Assembly: GCA_045605445.1 (NCBI GenBank) | Contig: JAZUPZ010000007.1 | Span: forward strand, 2,924 to 66,923 | DNA from: Clostridia bacterium | Lineage (GTDB): Bacteria > Bacillota > Clostridia > RGIG6154 | Direction: 5' to 3' | DNA length: 64,000 nt | Part shown: piece by piece, positions 1 to 9,148 of the stretch | Numbering within the stretch: the first letter of the stretch is position 1 | Layout: the number at the start of each line of letters is the position of its first letter | Translations under genes and position numbers: made by a program | The notes under the pieces: model-generated | Told to the model about the DNA's origin: nothing | Seen by the model: the letters and a program-made list of their open reading frames with translations, nothing else | Database searches by the model: none

Positions 1-614
1 TCGTTTAAAGGTGCATGAATTGTAATGTAATCAGCTTTTGCGAAAATGTCGTTTAAGTTGTTAACGTGAACAATTGAACGGGAAAGTCCCCAAGCGGCGT
101 CAACTGAAATATAAGGGTCGTAGCCGAGAACTTCCATACCAAGGCTCTTTGCAGCGTTTGCTACCATAACGCCGATAGCACCAAGACCGATAACGCCAAG
201 GGTTTTGCCTGCAATTTCAGGGCCTGTATAAGCGCTTTTGCCTTTTTCAACAAGCTTTGGAGCCGCATCGCCTTCGTCTTTTAAGGTTTCAGCCCATTTG
301 ATACCGCCGGTAATGTCTCTTGAAGCAAGGAAAAGAGCGCAGGTTGCAAGCTCTTTAACTGCATTTGCATTGGCACCGGGAGTATTGAAAACAACAATTC
401 CCTTTTCTGCAAATTTGTCAAGAGGAATATTGTTTGTGCCCGCGCCTGCTCTTGCAACTGCCTTAAGATTTGCGGGAACCTCCATATCGTGCATCGATGC
501 ACTTCTTACCAGAACACCGTCTGCTTCGTTAATATCTTCTGTAACAGCAAAATTGTCGCCAAGCTTTTCAAGACCGATATCGGCAATTTTGTTTAATGTT
601 GCAATTTTAAACAT
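1..614 (-). CDS. serA: D-3-phosphoglycerate dehydrogenase (2-hydroxyacid dehydrogenase family), partial. The N-terminus is in the window and the C-terminus runs off the window start.
   Basis: The minus-strand translation starts MFKIATLNKIADIGLEKLG and continues to GKTLGVIGLGAIGVMVANAAKSLGMEVLGYDPYISVDAAWG, a Rossmann GxGxxG NAD-binding motif. RBS AAGGAGA lies upstream of the ATG at 612-614. It is co-oriented and adjacent to serC. The listed + ORF at 238..630 is its shadow. Confidence 0.75.
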   Translation of the reverse strand, partial: MFKIATLNKIADIGLEKLGDNFAVTEDINEADGVLVRSASMHDMEVPANLKAVARAGAGTNNIPLDKFAEKGIVVFNTPGANANAVKELATCALFLASRDITGGIKWAETLKDEGDAAPKLVEKGKSAYTGPEIAGKTLGVIGLGAIGVMVANAAKSLGMEVLGYDPYISVDAAWGLSRSIVHVNNLNDIFAKADYITIHAPLN

Positions 615-630
615 TTATAAATCTCCTTAA

Positions 631-1710
631 TTATTTGTTTTCAGCTTCAAATTTTTTCATAAATTCAACAAGAGCCTTAACGCCGTCGATTGGCATAGCG
701 TTGTAAATGCTTGCTCTCATACCGCCGACAGATCTGTGACCCTTAAGGTTTTTAAAGCCTGCGGCATCTGCTTCCTTGCAGAATTTCTTGTCAAGCTCTT
801 CATCGCCTGTAACAAAGGTTACGTTCATAAGTGAACGGAATTCTTTGTCTGCACCGGGTTTGAAAAGCTCTGAAGAATCGAGATAATCGTAAAGGATTGC
901 AGCCTTTTCTTCGTTGATTTTCTTCATTGCTTCAAGTCCGCCAAGACCTAAAATCCATTTGTAAACCAGTCCTGCAACGTAAATTGCATAGCAGGGAGGA
1001 GTGTTGTACATAGAATCGTTATCAGCCATAACCTGATAGTTAAGCATTGTTGGTGTTTCCGGACGTGCATTTCCGAGAAGGTCTTCTCTTATAATTACGA
1101 TTGTAACACCAGCAGGAGCCATATTTTTCTGAGCGCCTGCATAAATAACGCCGAATTTTGTAACGTCAACAGGCTCTGAAATAATGCAGGATGACATATC
1201 TGCAACAAGAACCTTGTCGCCAACGTTTGGAACCTCAGGATATTTTGTTCCGAAAATGGTGTTGTTGTAGCAAACATGAACATAGTCAGCATCTTCACGA
1301 ACCATATCGGGAGTGATTGTAGGAATGTAAGCAAAGGTTCTGTCCTTTGAGCTTGCAATACATTTTGCATCGCCGTATTTTGCAGCTTCTTCGTAAGCTT
1401 TCTTTGAGAACTGACCTGAAACAACATAGTCAGCCTTGCCGTTTTTCATAAGGTTAAGAGGAACTGCCGCAAACTGGGTTGAAGCACCGCCCTGCATAAA
1501 GAGAACCTTGTAATTGTCCGGAATGTTCATAAGCTCACGGAGGTCTTTCTCAGCTTCCTTTATAATTGCATCGTAAACAGGAGAACGGTGACTCATTTCC
1601 ATTACAGACATTCCGCTTCCGTTATAATCTGTCATTTCCTTTGCACACTGTTCGAGTACCGGCATAGGTAACATAGAAGGACCTGCCGAAAAATTGTAAA
1701 CTCTACTCAT
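631..1710 (-). CDS. serC: Phosphoserine aminotransferase
   Basis: 359 aa PLP aminotransferase class V with typical SerC length and motifs (FSAGPSMLP, GGASTQFAAVPLNL). Forms a serC-serA operon. Confidence 0.9.
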   Translation of the reverse strand: MSRVYNFSAGPSMLPMPVLEQCAKEMTDYNGSGMSVMEMSHRSPVYDAIIKEAEKDLRELMNIPDNYKVLFMQGGASTQFAAVPLNLMKNGKADYVVSGQFSKKAYEEAAKYGDAKCIASSKDRTFAYIPTITPDMVREDADYVHVCYNNTIFGTKYPEVPNVGDKVLVADMSSCIISEPVDVTKFGVIYAGAQKNMAPAGVTIVIIREDLLGNARPETPTMLNYQVMADNDSMYNTPPCYAIYVAGLVYKWILGLGGLEAMKKINEEKAAILYDYLDSSELFKPGADKEFRSLMNVTFVTGDEELDKKFCKEADAAGFKNLKGHRSVGGMRASIYNAMPIDGVKALVEFMKKFEAENK

Positions 1711-1750
1711 TATATATACTTCCTTTCAAAATATGATTTACTGTTTAATT

Positions 1751-1794
1751 TCAACCAGCGGTTGATTTTTTAAAACCCATCAACAAGCGGTTGA
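1751..1794 (-). promoter_or_regulatory. Two near-identical palindromic operator-like sites upstream of the serC start: TCAACCAGCGGTTGA and TCAACAAGCGGTTGA, 29 bp centre to centre.
   Basis: Read directly from the sequence. 6 bp and 5 bp inverted arms around AGC or AAGCG spacers, each followed by a T-run. Confidence 0.3.
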
Positions 1795-1920
1795 TTTTTA
1801 CATTATATACCTAAAGTTTAAAAATGTCAATAACAAAAGTTGAAATAATTTAAAAATGTTTTAAATCTATTTACACAATTGAAAATTTGTGGTAAAATAT
1901 ATTCCGTATAACTGTATATA

Positions 1921-2545
1921 AATACAATGGCGCAGTATTCTAGTCAGAGTTGCTCATTTCCAGGACGGGCCTAAAAATCCGTTGAAGGGCATATCGATGA
2001 AGTTCCTGGTGCCGGCTTTCGATGCCCAATCGAGGGTTGGTGCTGGGAGTTAAGAATTAAGGGCGTACTGCAATGGCATGCAGAATACGTACCCTTTTTT
2101 CGTGGAGACCTGTGATTGTGGCGTATTTTCAGGATTGCTGTAAAGCAGACTAAAAAAAGCTACGACGCAGGGTTAAACCTGCTTGGCGGTAATTAAAAAG
2201 CTGTGGGCAGAGTAGCCTGCCTTGAGTGGCTATGGCGAATCAGGGATCAGACCCCGGGCGGTTAGGCCGATCGCCCCCGGTTATTGCTCTGTGAAACCAT
2301 ATCTGCAAAAGAGGCTAAGAATGAGTGAGTCTGCCAAGGAAATCTTCTAGACTGTTCTGACCAGGCGTATAAGGGATTGCAGTGCGGACTAAGTGGCAAT
2401 CAGGTAGCAAAGACCAGTAATGCTTTGAGGAGCGTTGTAAGCGGAAACCCCCGGGATTGGCGACGAGCCGGGAACGCTTCGGGAAAACCGACCGGACCTA
2501 AGCCGTAAAATTTACCTTGTACGCTGCCATTGTTTTATATATATG
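1921..2545 (+). ncRNA. ole: Putative OLE (ornate large extremophilic) RNA
   Basis: A ~620 nt GC-rich region with no ORF and many local stem-loops, immediately upstream of a small 4-TM protein and dxs-tlyA-nadK-argR-recN. This is the hallmark OLE/oapA gene neighbourhood known from Bacillus halodurans and Clostridia. A candidate promoter TTTACA-16-TAAAAT lies at about 1873-1905. Confidence 0.55.
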
Positions 2546-2563
2546 AATTAAAGGAGAAATTAC

Positions 2564-3130
2564 TTGGAACAAAAGAAAAGAAAAGTAAAATTCAAAACGA
2601 GTAAGAAAAAAATAAGCCTTAAGTATGTGTTTGGAATAACCTTTCTTACCTTTATAATAGCCCTTATTCTCCAGACGGTGTCAAAAATTCTTATGGAAAG
2701 CATTGCAATTTTCTATGCTTTCATTCTTCTTATCGTTGTAATAATGATAGGTATAGTGTTTGACATAATCGGTATGGCGGTTACCTCTGCCGACGATGCG
2801 GCGTTTTTCTCAATGGCGGCTGACAGGATAAGAGGCGCGAAGGAGGCCATTTCCCTTATAAAAAATGCGGAAAAGGTTTCAAATGTTGCAAACGACGTAA
2901 TTGGCGACGTTTGCGGAATCATAAGCGGAAGCATCGGCGCGGCGATAATTGCCTCCATTTCAGCGGGCAAAAGCGTAACCGAGGCGCTCTGGCTCTCCCT
3001 TCTTATAACGGGAAGCGTTTCAGCGCTTACCGTAGGGGGAAAGGCGGCAGGAAAATTTATAGCTATTTCATATAACAGCTATATAGTTTATGCGGCAGGA
3101 AAAATAATTGCTCTTTTTAAAAGAGGATAA
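2564..3130 (+). CDS. oapA: OLE-associated protein A-like small multi-pass membrane protein
   Basis: 188 aa, about 20 kDa, with four predicted TM helices. TTG start with RBS AAGGAGA. Sits between the putative OLE RNA and dxs, as oapA does. Confidence 0.5.
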   Translation: MEQKKRKVKFKTSKKKISLKYVFGITFLTFIIALILQTVSKILMESIAIFYAFILLIVVIMIGIVFDIIGMAVTSADDAAFFSMAADRIRGAKEAISLIKNAEKVSNVANDVIGDVCGIISGSIGAAIIASISAGKSVTEALWLSLLITGSVSALTVGGKAAGKFIAISYNSYIVYAAGKIIALFKRG

Positions 3131-3150
3131 TATAAAAAAGAGGAAATACT

Positions 3151-4968
3151 GTGAAAATACTTGATTCGGTTAATTATCCTAACGACCTGAAAAAACTGAA
3201 TAATTCGCAGCTTGAACAGCTTTCGGGAGAGATAAGGGAGCTTCTTGTTGAAACCGTTTCAAAAAACGGAGGACATCTTGCCTCAAACCTTGGTATTGTT
3301 GAACTCACCGTTTCTCTTCTTAAGGCTTTCAATCTTCCAAAGGATAAGATTGTTTACGACGTAGGTCATCAGAGCTATGTACATAAAATTCTTACGGGAA
3401 GAAAGGAAAGGTTTTCAACCCTAAGAACCTTTGGCGGACTTTCGGGCTTCCCGAAGACTTCCGAAAGCGAATACGACACCTTTGAAACAGGGCACAGCGG
3501 AACGGCAATTTCCGTTGCCTACGGAATTGCAGAGGCAAACAGGCTTGATAAAAATAATGATTTTGCCATTGCGGTTGTAGGCGATGCTTCTCTTTCAAAC
3601 GGGCTTTCAATGGAGGGAATGAACAACGCGGGACGTTCCTCCACAAGGCTCATTGTTATTTTGAACGACAATGAAATGTCAATTTCTCCAAACGTTGGTA
3701 ATTTAAGAACCTATCTTACAAAATTAAGAACTCAGCCGGGGTATAACAGCTTTAAGGCAGACGTGGAAAAGTTTCTTGAAAAAATTCCTCTTATCGGAGC
3801 ACCGGTAGGGAAATTTCTTAAAAAAACCAAATACGGAATTAAGCATATGCTTATTCCCGGAACCCTCTTTGAGGGCTTCGGCTTTAATTATATAGGACCT
3901 ATCGACGGTCACAACATCGGGCTTATGACAACAGTTTTCGAAAGAGCGAAAACAATGGAACAGCCTGTTTTTATTCACGTTGTTACAAAAAAGGGAAAGG
4001 GATATTCCTTTGCCGAGAAAACTCCCGGACTTTACCACGGAACGGGAAGCTTTAACAGCAAAAAGCCTATTGAATATAAGGTTAATGAAAACAGCTATTC
4101 GGAAATCGCAGGAAGAGAGCTTACCCGTCTTGGCAAGGAAAACGATAAAATTGTGGCGGTTTGCGCTGCAATGGAGGACGGAACGGGGCTTTACCGTTTC
4201 CACAGGGAAATTCCTGAAAGATTTTTCGATGTGGGCATCAGCGAGGAGCACGCGGTAACCTTCTGCGGAGGGCTTGCCTCGCAGGGGAAAATTCCCGTTT
4301 TTGCGGTTTATTCAACCTTTCTTCAAAGGTGCTATGATAATATAATCCACGATGTGGCTCTTTCAAAAAGGCACGTTGTTTTCCTTGTGGACAGAGGCGG
4401 AATTTCCGGTCCTGACGGCGAAACCCATCAGGGCATTTTCGACGTTCCTATGCTAATGAGCATTCCGGGGGTTAAAATTTACACTCCTTCTACAGACAAA
4501 GAGCTTGAAAAGGCAATAGAAACAGCGGTGCTTTATGACAACTGTCCCGTTTTTGTAAGATATCCCAAGGGAAATGCAAAAAAAGACAGCCGGGAGGTTG
4601 ACATAAGCAGGGCAAGAATTTTAAGGGAAGGCAAAAACGTAACCGTTGTAACAATGTCGAAAATGACAGAGGTAGTGTCAGAAACAGAATTTGACGGCGA
4701 CCATATTCATCTTAACTGCATAAAGCCGATTGATACAGAAACAATTTACAGCTCGGCTGTTAAAACCGGCAGGGTAATCACCTTTGAGGACAATATGGTT
4801 TCCTGCGGTATGGGACAGGCACTTTCAGACCTTTTGAGAGCAAAAGGCTTTGAAGGGAAAATTGAAAATGTGGGGCTTGACGGCTTTGTGGAGCACGGAA
4901 GCGTTGAAGAGCTTCTTGAAAAATACGGACTTAATGAAGAGGGTATTAAAAAGAGGATTTATAAATGA
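3151..4968 (+). CDS. dxs: 1-deoxy-D-xylulose-5-phosphate synthase
   Basis: 605 aa TPP-dependent transketolase-like protein with the DVGHQSY...GHSGTAIS motifs. GTG start. Confidence 0.9.
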   Translation: MKILDSVNYPNDLKKLNNSQLEQLSGEIRELLVETVSKNGGHLASNLGIVELTVSLLKAFNLPKDKIVYDVGHQSYVHKILTGRKERFSTLRTFGGLSGFPKTSESEYDTFETGHSGTAISVAYGIAEANRLDKNNDFAIAVVGDASLSNGLSMEGMNNAGRSSTRLIVILNDNEMSISPNVGNLRTYLTKLRTQPGYNSFKADVEKFLEKIPLIGAPVGKFLKKTKYGIKHMLIPGTLFEGFGFNYIGPIDGHNIGLMTTVFERAKTMEQPVFIHVVTKKGKGYSFAEKTPGLYHGTGSFNSKKPIEYKVNENSYSEIAGRELTRLGKENDKIVAVCAAMEDGTGLYRFHREIPERFFDVGISEEHAVTFCGGLASQGKIPVFAVYSTFLQRCYDNIIHDVALSKRHVVFLVDRGGISGPDGETHQGIFDVPMLMSIPGVKIYTPSTDKELEKAIETAVLYDNCPVFVRYPKGNAKKDSREVDISRARILREGKNVTVVTMSKMTEVVSETEFDGDHIHLNCIKPIDTETIYSSAVKTGRVITFEDNMVSCGMGQALSDLLRAKGFEGKIENVGLDGFVEHGSVEELLEKYGLNEEGIKKRIYK

Positions 4969-5753
4969 AGCAAAGACTTGATATATACCTGTTTGAAAAC
5001 GGACTTGCCGAAAGCAGGGAAAAAGCAAAAAGCATAATAATGAGCGGTAATGTTTACGTTAACGACCAGAAAACCGACAAGGCAGGCTTTGCCGTAAAGG
5101 AAGGGGACATGGTTGAGGTTCGCGGTAAAACAAACCCTTATGTAAGCCGCGGCGGTCTTAAGCTTGAAAAGGCTATAAACAACTTCGGCGTAAGCCTTGA
5201 GGGGAAGATTGCAATGGACATAGGCGCCTCTACCGGCGGATTTACCGACTGTATGCTGCAAAACGGCGCAGTAAAGGTTTTCTCGGTAGATGTTGGCTAC
5301 GGTCAGCTTGCCTGGAAGCTTCGCGAGGACAAAAGAGTTGTTAATATGGAAAGAACCAACATAAGAAACGTTACCCCTGAAGATATCGGGGACAAACTTG
5401 ATTTTGCTTCAATCGACGTTTCCTTTATTTCCCTTAAGCTGGTTCTTCCCGTTGCAAAGGAGCTTTTATCGGAAAACGGCGAAATCCTCTGCCTTATAAA
5501 GCCCCAGTTTGAGGCGGGCAGGGAAAACGTAGGCAAAAAAGGAGTTGTAAGGGACATTAAGGTTCATTACGAGGTTGTTAAAACAATTGCAGACTTTGCC
5601 CTTTCGATCGGGCTTTATCCTAAGGCGTTTGACTTTTCGCCCATAAGAGGCCCCGAAGGTAATATTGAATATTTAATGTATCTTGACAAAAAGGAAAATA
5701 ACATAGAAATAGATTATAAAAAAGTGGTAGACGAAAGTCACGCTTTATTGTAG
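4965..5753 (+). CDS. tlyA: TlyA-family rRNA 2'-O-methyltransferase (hemolysin A-like)
   Basis: 262 aa with an S4 RNA-binding N-terminus and an FtsJ-like methyltransferase domain (GASTGGFTD). Confidence 0.8.
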   Translation: MKQRLDIYLFENGLAESREKAKSIIMSGNVYVNDQKTDKAGFAVKEGDMVEVRGKTNPYVSRGGLKLEKAINNFGVSLEGKIAMDIGASTGGFTDCMLQNGAVKVFSVDVGYGQLAWKLREDKRVVNMERTNIRNVTPEDIGDKLDFASIDVSFISLKLVLPVAKELLSENGEILCLIKPQFEAGRENVGKKGVVRDIKVHYEVVKTIADFALSIGLYPKAFDFSPIRGPEGNIEYLMYLDKKENNIEIDYKKVVDESHALL

Positions 5754-5761
5754 GTGGTTTT

Positions 5762-6604
5762 ATGAAAATTGCTCTTGTTTCAAACCCAAGCCGTGATATC
5801 GGGCTTGCAGAGAGCAGAAAAACAGCGGAAAAGTTAATAGAAATGAACGTTCAGGTTGTTACCGAAAGCGAGGGCATAAAGGGAACAACGGTTGTAAAGG
5901 ATACTGATGCTCTGTTCAGAGAAGCCGACCTTGCTGTTGTTATCGGCGGAGACGGAACTCTTCTTTCAGCCGCTCAGTACGGAGCAAAATACAATGTTCC
6001 CCTTTTAGGGCTCAATGCAGGCAGGCTGGGCTTTCTTGTTGAACTTGAAAAGGGCGACGGTGCCCTTCTTGAAAAGGTTGTAAGGGGAGAGTATTCAACC
6101 GAAGAGAGAATGATGCTTTCCGCAAGGGTTGAAAGAAACGGCAAAGAGGTTTACCGCTGTGATGCTCTTAACGATATTGTTGTTTCCAAGGGCGTTCTTT
6201 CAAAAATGATAAATCTTCAGCTTAAAATCGACTCGGTTGGAGTTAACGATTATTATGCCGACGGGCTTATTCTTTCAACGCCTACGGGCTCAACGGCTTA
6301 TTCCCTTTCTGCGGGCGGTCCCGTTGTTGCTCCTGCCATAAATGCAATAGTGGTAACTCCCGTTTGTGCTCATACGATGACCTCAAGACCAATGGTAATT
6401 TCTGACAGTCAGACTGCCGAAATAACCGTTAAGTTTTATCATAACGAGGACGTTCGCCTAAGCCGTGACGGAGCAGACCATATTGCCCTTTGCGACGGCG
6501 ACGTAATAACCGTTACAAAGTCAGACAAAAAGGTTAAGCTTATAAGATGCAACAGCTTAAGCTTTTTCGACGTGCTTTACAGAAAGCTTTCAGAAAGGAA
6601 GTAA
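5762..6604 (+). CDS. nadK: NAD kinase
   Basis: 280 aa with the GGDGT motif (VVIGGDGTLL). Conserved position between tlyA and argR. Confidence 0.85.
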   Translation: MKIALVSNPSRDIGLAESRKTAEKLIEMNVQVVTESEGIKGTTVVKDTDALFREADLAVVIGGDGTLLSAAQYGAKYNVPLLGLNAGRLGFLVELEKGDGALLEKVVRGEYSTEERMMLSARVERNGKEVYRCDALNDIVVSKGVLSKMINLQLKIDSVGVNDYYADGLILSTPTGSTAYSLSAGGPVVAPAINAIVVTPVCAHTMTSRPMVISDSQTAEITVKFYHNEDVRLSRDGADHIALCDGDVITVTKSDKKVKLIRCNSLSFFDVLYRKLSERK

Positions 6605-6608
6605 AACA

Positions 6609-7064
6609 ATGTCCAAAAAATTAAGGCACAATGCCATAATTAAGCTTATAAATGAGCAGGTTATCGAAACTCAGGGACAGCTTACCCAGAAGCTGATTGA
6701 AATGGGCTATGATGTAACTCAGGCAACCGTTTCAAGAGACATAAAGGAATTAAGACTTGTTAAAATCGCAGACTATGCGGACAGATACAGATATGCAACT
6801 CCCGGCAGAAAAGACGAGGCAGACGTAAGAAGCCGTTACATTGGCGTTTTAAAACACGGGGCGGTTTCCATAAGAGTTGCAATGAATCTTGTGGTAGTAA
6901 AAACAATTGCAGGGTCTGCTCAGGGCTGTGCAATGGCAATAGAAACCTTAGGCTTTGAGGATATAATCGGGGTTATAGCGGGTGACGATACCCTGTTTAT
7001 CGCTCTCGGCTCCGAGGACGAGGCAAGAAGCCTTGTAGAAAAACTGGAAGAGGTAATAGGCTGA
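6609..7064 (+). CDS. argR: Arginine repressor
   Basis: 151 aa with an N-terminal winged HTH and a C-terminal arginine-binding oligomerisation domain (GDDTLF). Confidence 0.85.
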   Translation: MSKKLRHNAIIKLINEQVIETQGQLTQKLIEMGYDVTQATVSRDIKELRLVKIADYADRYRYATPGRKDEADVRSRYIGVLKHGAVSIRVAMNLVVVKTIAGSAQGCAMAIETLGFEDIIGVIAGDDTLFIALGSEDEARSLVEKLEEVIG

Positions 7065-8737
7065 TGCTTAGCAATCTGCATATAGAAAACATCGCAATTA
7101 TCGATAATGTGAATATAGATTTTACCGATGGCTTTCAGGTGCTCACAGGACAAACGGGCGCCGGAAAATCTATTATAATCGACTCTATAAATCTGCTTAC
7201 CGGGGAAAGAAGCTCCCGTGAGCTGGTTCGTACCGGAGCGGAAAAAGGTTTTGTTGAAGGCGCGGTATATACAACTGACAAAAAGGTTTATGAAATGCTC
7301 AACGAGGCGGGAATTTCATACTTTGAGGGAGACCCGCTTATTCTTTCAAGAGAAATAAGCAAAGACGGAAGAAGCGTTGTAAGAATCAATTCAAGAACTG
7401 CAACAACAGGGCTTTTAAAAAGCATTTGCGCAAGAATTATAAATATCCACGGTCAGCACGATAACCAGGCAATTCTTGACGTTTCCTGCCATGGGGAGAT
7501 TCTCGACAGCTACGCAAAAAACGAAGAGCTTCTTAAGGGTTACCGCAGGGAATATAACGAATATAAAAGAATAAAGAACGAGCTGGAATCCGAGGATGAA
7601 GACATTTCCTTAAAGGAACAGAAAAAGGAGTTTCTTGAATTCCAGATTGATGAAATTGAAAAGGCAAAGCTTAAGATTGGAGAAGATGAAGAGCTTTCGG
7701 ACATAAGAAAAAGATATTTAAACAGCGAAAAAATTCTTCTTAATCTTAATGCTTCCTACAGCGCTCTTATGGGCGACGAGGAAAGCCTTGGCGCAAATCA
7801 GCAGATTAAAGCCGCAATCAAGGGAATGCAGGATTTATCCGACCTGGTTGAGGACGCCGACGGGCTTTCAAAAAAGCTTGAGGAAATTTACTATCTTCTT
7901 GACGACGTTTCCGAAACCCTGAGGGATTTAAAGGATGGCGACAATTCTGAAGAGGTTGACATAAACTATATAGAAGAAAGAATCGACCTTATTAACCGTC
8001 TTAAAAAGAAATACGGTTCAACGGTTGAGGAAATTCTTGAAACAAAGGAAAAGCTTGAAGAGGAGCTTCTTGAAATTGAGAACTCCGATGAATATAAAAA
8101 GAAGCTTGAAAAAGAGCTGAAAATTCAGCTTAAAAAAACCTCAGCTCTTGCCGATGAGCTTTCAGAGAAAAGAAAAAAGGCGGGAGAGGAGCTGGCAAAG
8201 CAGGTTCTTGTTCAGCTTAAAGACCTGGAAATGCCAAACGTAACCTTTAAGGTTGAAATTGAAGATGCGCCCCTTTCTTCAAAAGGAAAGGATAAAATTG
8301 AATTTATGATTTCCGCAAATGCGGGCGAGGCGCTTAAGCCTTTAAGCAAGGTAGCCTCCGGCGGTGAGCTTTCAAGAATAATTCTTGCACTTAAAGTTAT
8401 ATTAAGTAAGAACGATTTTGTTTCAACTATGATTTTTGACGAGGTTGACACCGGCGTAAGCGGGAGTGCGGCTCAGAAAATTGCTGAAAAAATAAAGGCT
8501 GTTTCAAAGGAAAAACAGGTTTTTGTTATAACTCATCTGCCCCAGATGGCAGCTTTTGGCGACTCCCACTATCTTATAGAAAAGGAAGCAACGGGCGGCA
8601 AAACCTCATCAAAGGTAACTCTTCTTAATGAAGAGGGCAGAGTGGCCGAAATTGCAAGGCTTTTAAGCGGAAGCGTAATAACAGAAAATGCGCTTAACAA
8701 TGCAAGGGAGCTTATTTCTCTGGGAAAGGATTTTTAA
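7064..8737 (+). CDS. recN: DNA repair protein RecN
   Basis: 557 aa SMC-like protein with a Walker A motif (GQTGAGKS) and coiled-coil middle region. Confidence 0.9.
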   Translation: MLSNLHIENIAIIDNVNIDFTDGFQVLTGQTGAGKSIIIDSINLLTGERSSRELVRTGAEKGFVEGAVYTTDKKVYEMLNEAGISYFEGDPLILSREISKDGRSVVRINSRTATTGLLKSICARIINIHGQHDNQAILDVSCHGEILDSYAKNEELLKGYRREYNEYKRIKNELESEDEDISLKEQKKEFLEFQIDEIEKAKLKIGEDEELSDIRKRYLNSEKILLNLNASYSALMGDEESLGANQQIKAAIKGMQDLSDLVEDADGLSKKLEEIYYLLDDVSETLRDLKDGDNSEEVDINYIEERIDLINRLKKKYGSTVEEILETKEKLEEELLEIENSDEYKKKLEKELKIQLKKTSALADELSEKRKKAGEELAKQVLVQLKDLEMPNVTFKVEIEDAPLSSKGKDKIEFMISANAGEALKPLSKVASGGELSRIILALKVILSKNDFVSTMIFDEVDTGVSGSAAQKIAEKIKAVSKEKQVFVITHLPQMAAFGDSHYLIEKEATGGKTSSKVTLLNEEGRVAEIARLLSGSVITENALNNARELISLGKDF

Positions 8738-9148
8738 ATGGAAAAGGCAGAAGGAATCCTTGTGGAAAACAAGGGGGAACTTTCAAAGGTTAAAATAGTA
8801 AGAGGTTCAATGTGCGGAGAAAGCTGCGGAAGCTGCAATCTTTGCGGAAAAAGAGAAACCTTCGTTTTTGCCCGTAACAAAGCAGGCGCCGTAAAGGGCG
8901 ACAGAGTTGTTCTTGAAATGGACTCTGCTTCGGGACTTAAAGCGGCATTTCTTGTTTACGGCATGCCTCTTGTTATCCTTATTCTCGGAATTGTGCTTAT
9001 TGCTGTTTTTAATTCTGACCAGATAAAAGGGCTTTTGCTTGTGCTTTTTGCAATAGTTCTCTGGTTCTTTGTGGTTAAGCTTATTGATAAAAATATGAAA
9101 CCGGCGGCGGAAATAACTGAGGTGGTATGTAAAAATGATACCGAATAA
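8738..9148 (+). CDS. RseC/MucC-family protein (SoxR-reducing system component-like)
   Basis: 136 aa with an N-terminal CxxCxxC cysteine cluster and two C-terminal TM helices. Confidence 0.5.
   Translation: MEKAEGILVENKGELSKVKIVRGSMCGESCGSCNLCGKRETFVFARNKAGAVKGDRVVLEMDSASGLKAAFLVYGMPLVILILGIVLIAVFNSDQIKGLLLVLFAIVLWFFVVKLIDKNMKPAAEITEVVCKNDTE

Noticed and set aside
238-630. 130 aa + strand ORF
   Set aside because: Shadow ORF opposite the clearly homologous minus-strand serA coding sequence. It shows no homology signal.
1921-2545. Considered RNase P RNA, tmRNA or a group II intron fragment for the large structured region
   Set aside because: No GGACTTTCC/AGGAAAGTCC P4-type motif, no tRNA-like GGTTCGAATCC 3' end or tag-peptide ORF, and no domain V-like sequence. 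The gene neighbourhood instead matches OLE/oapA.
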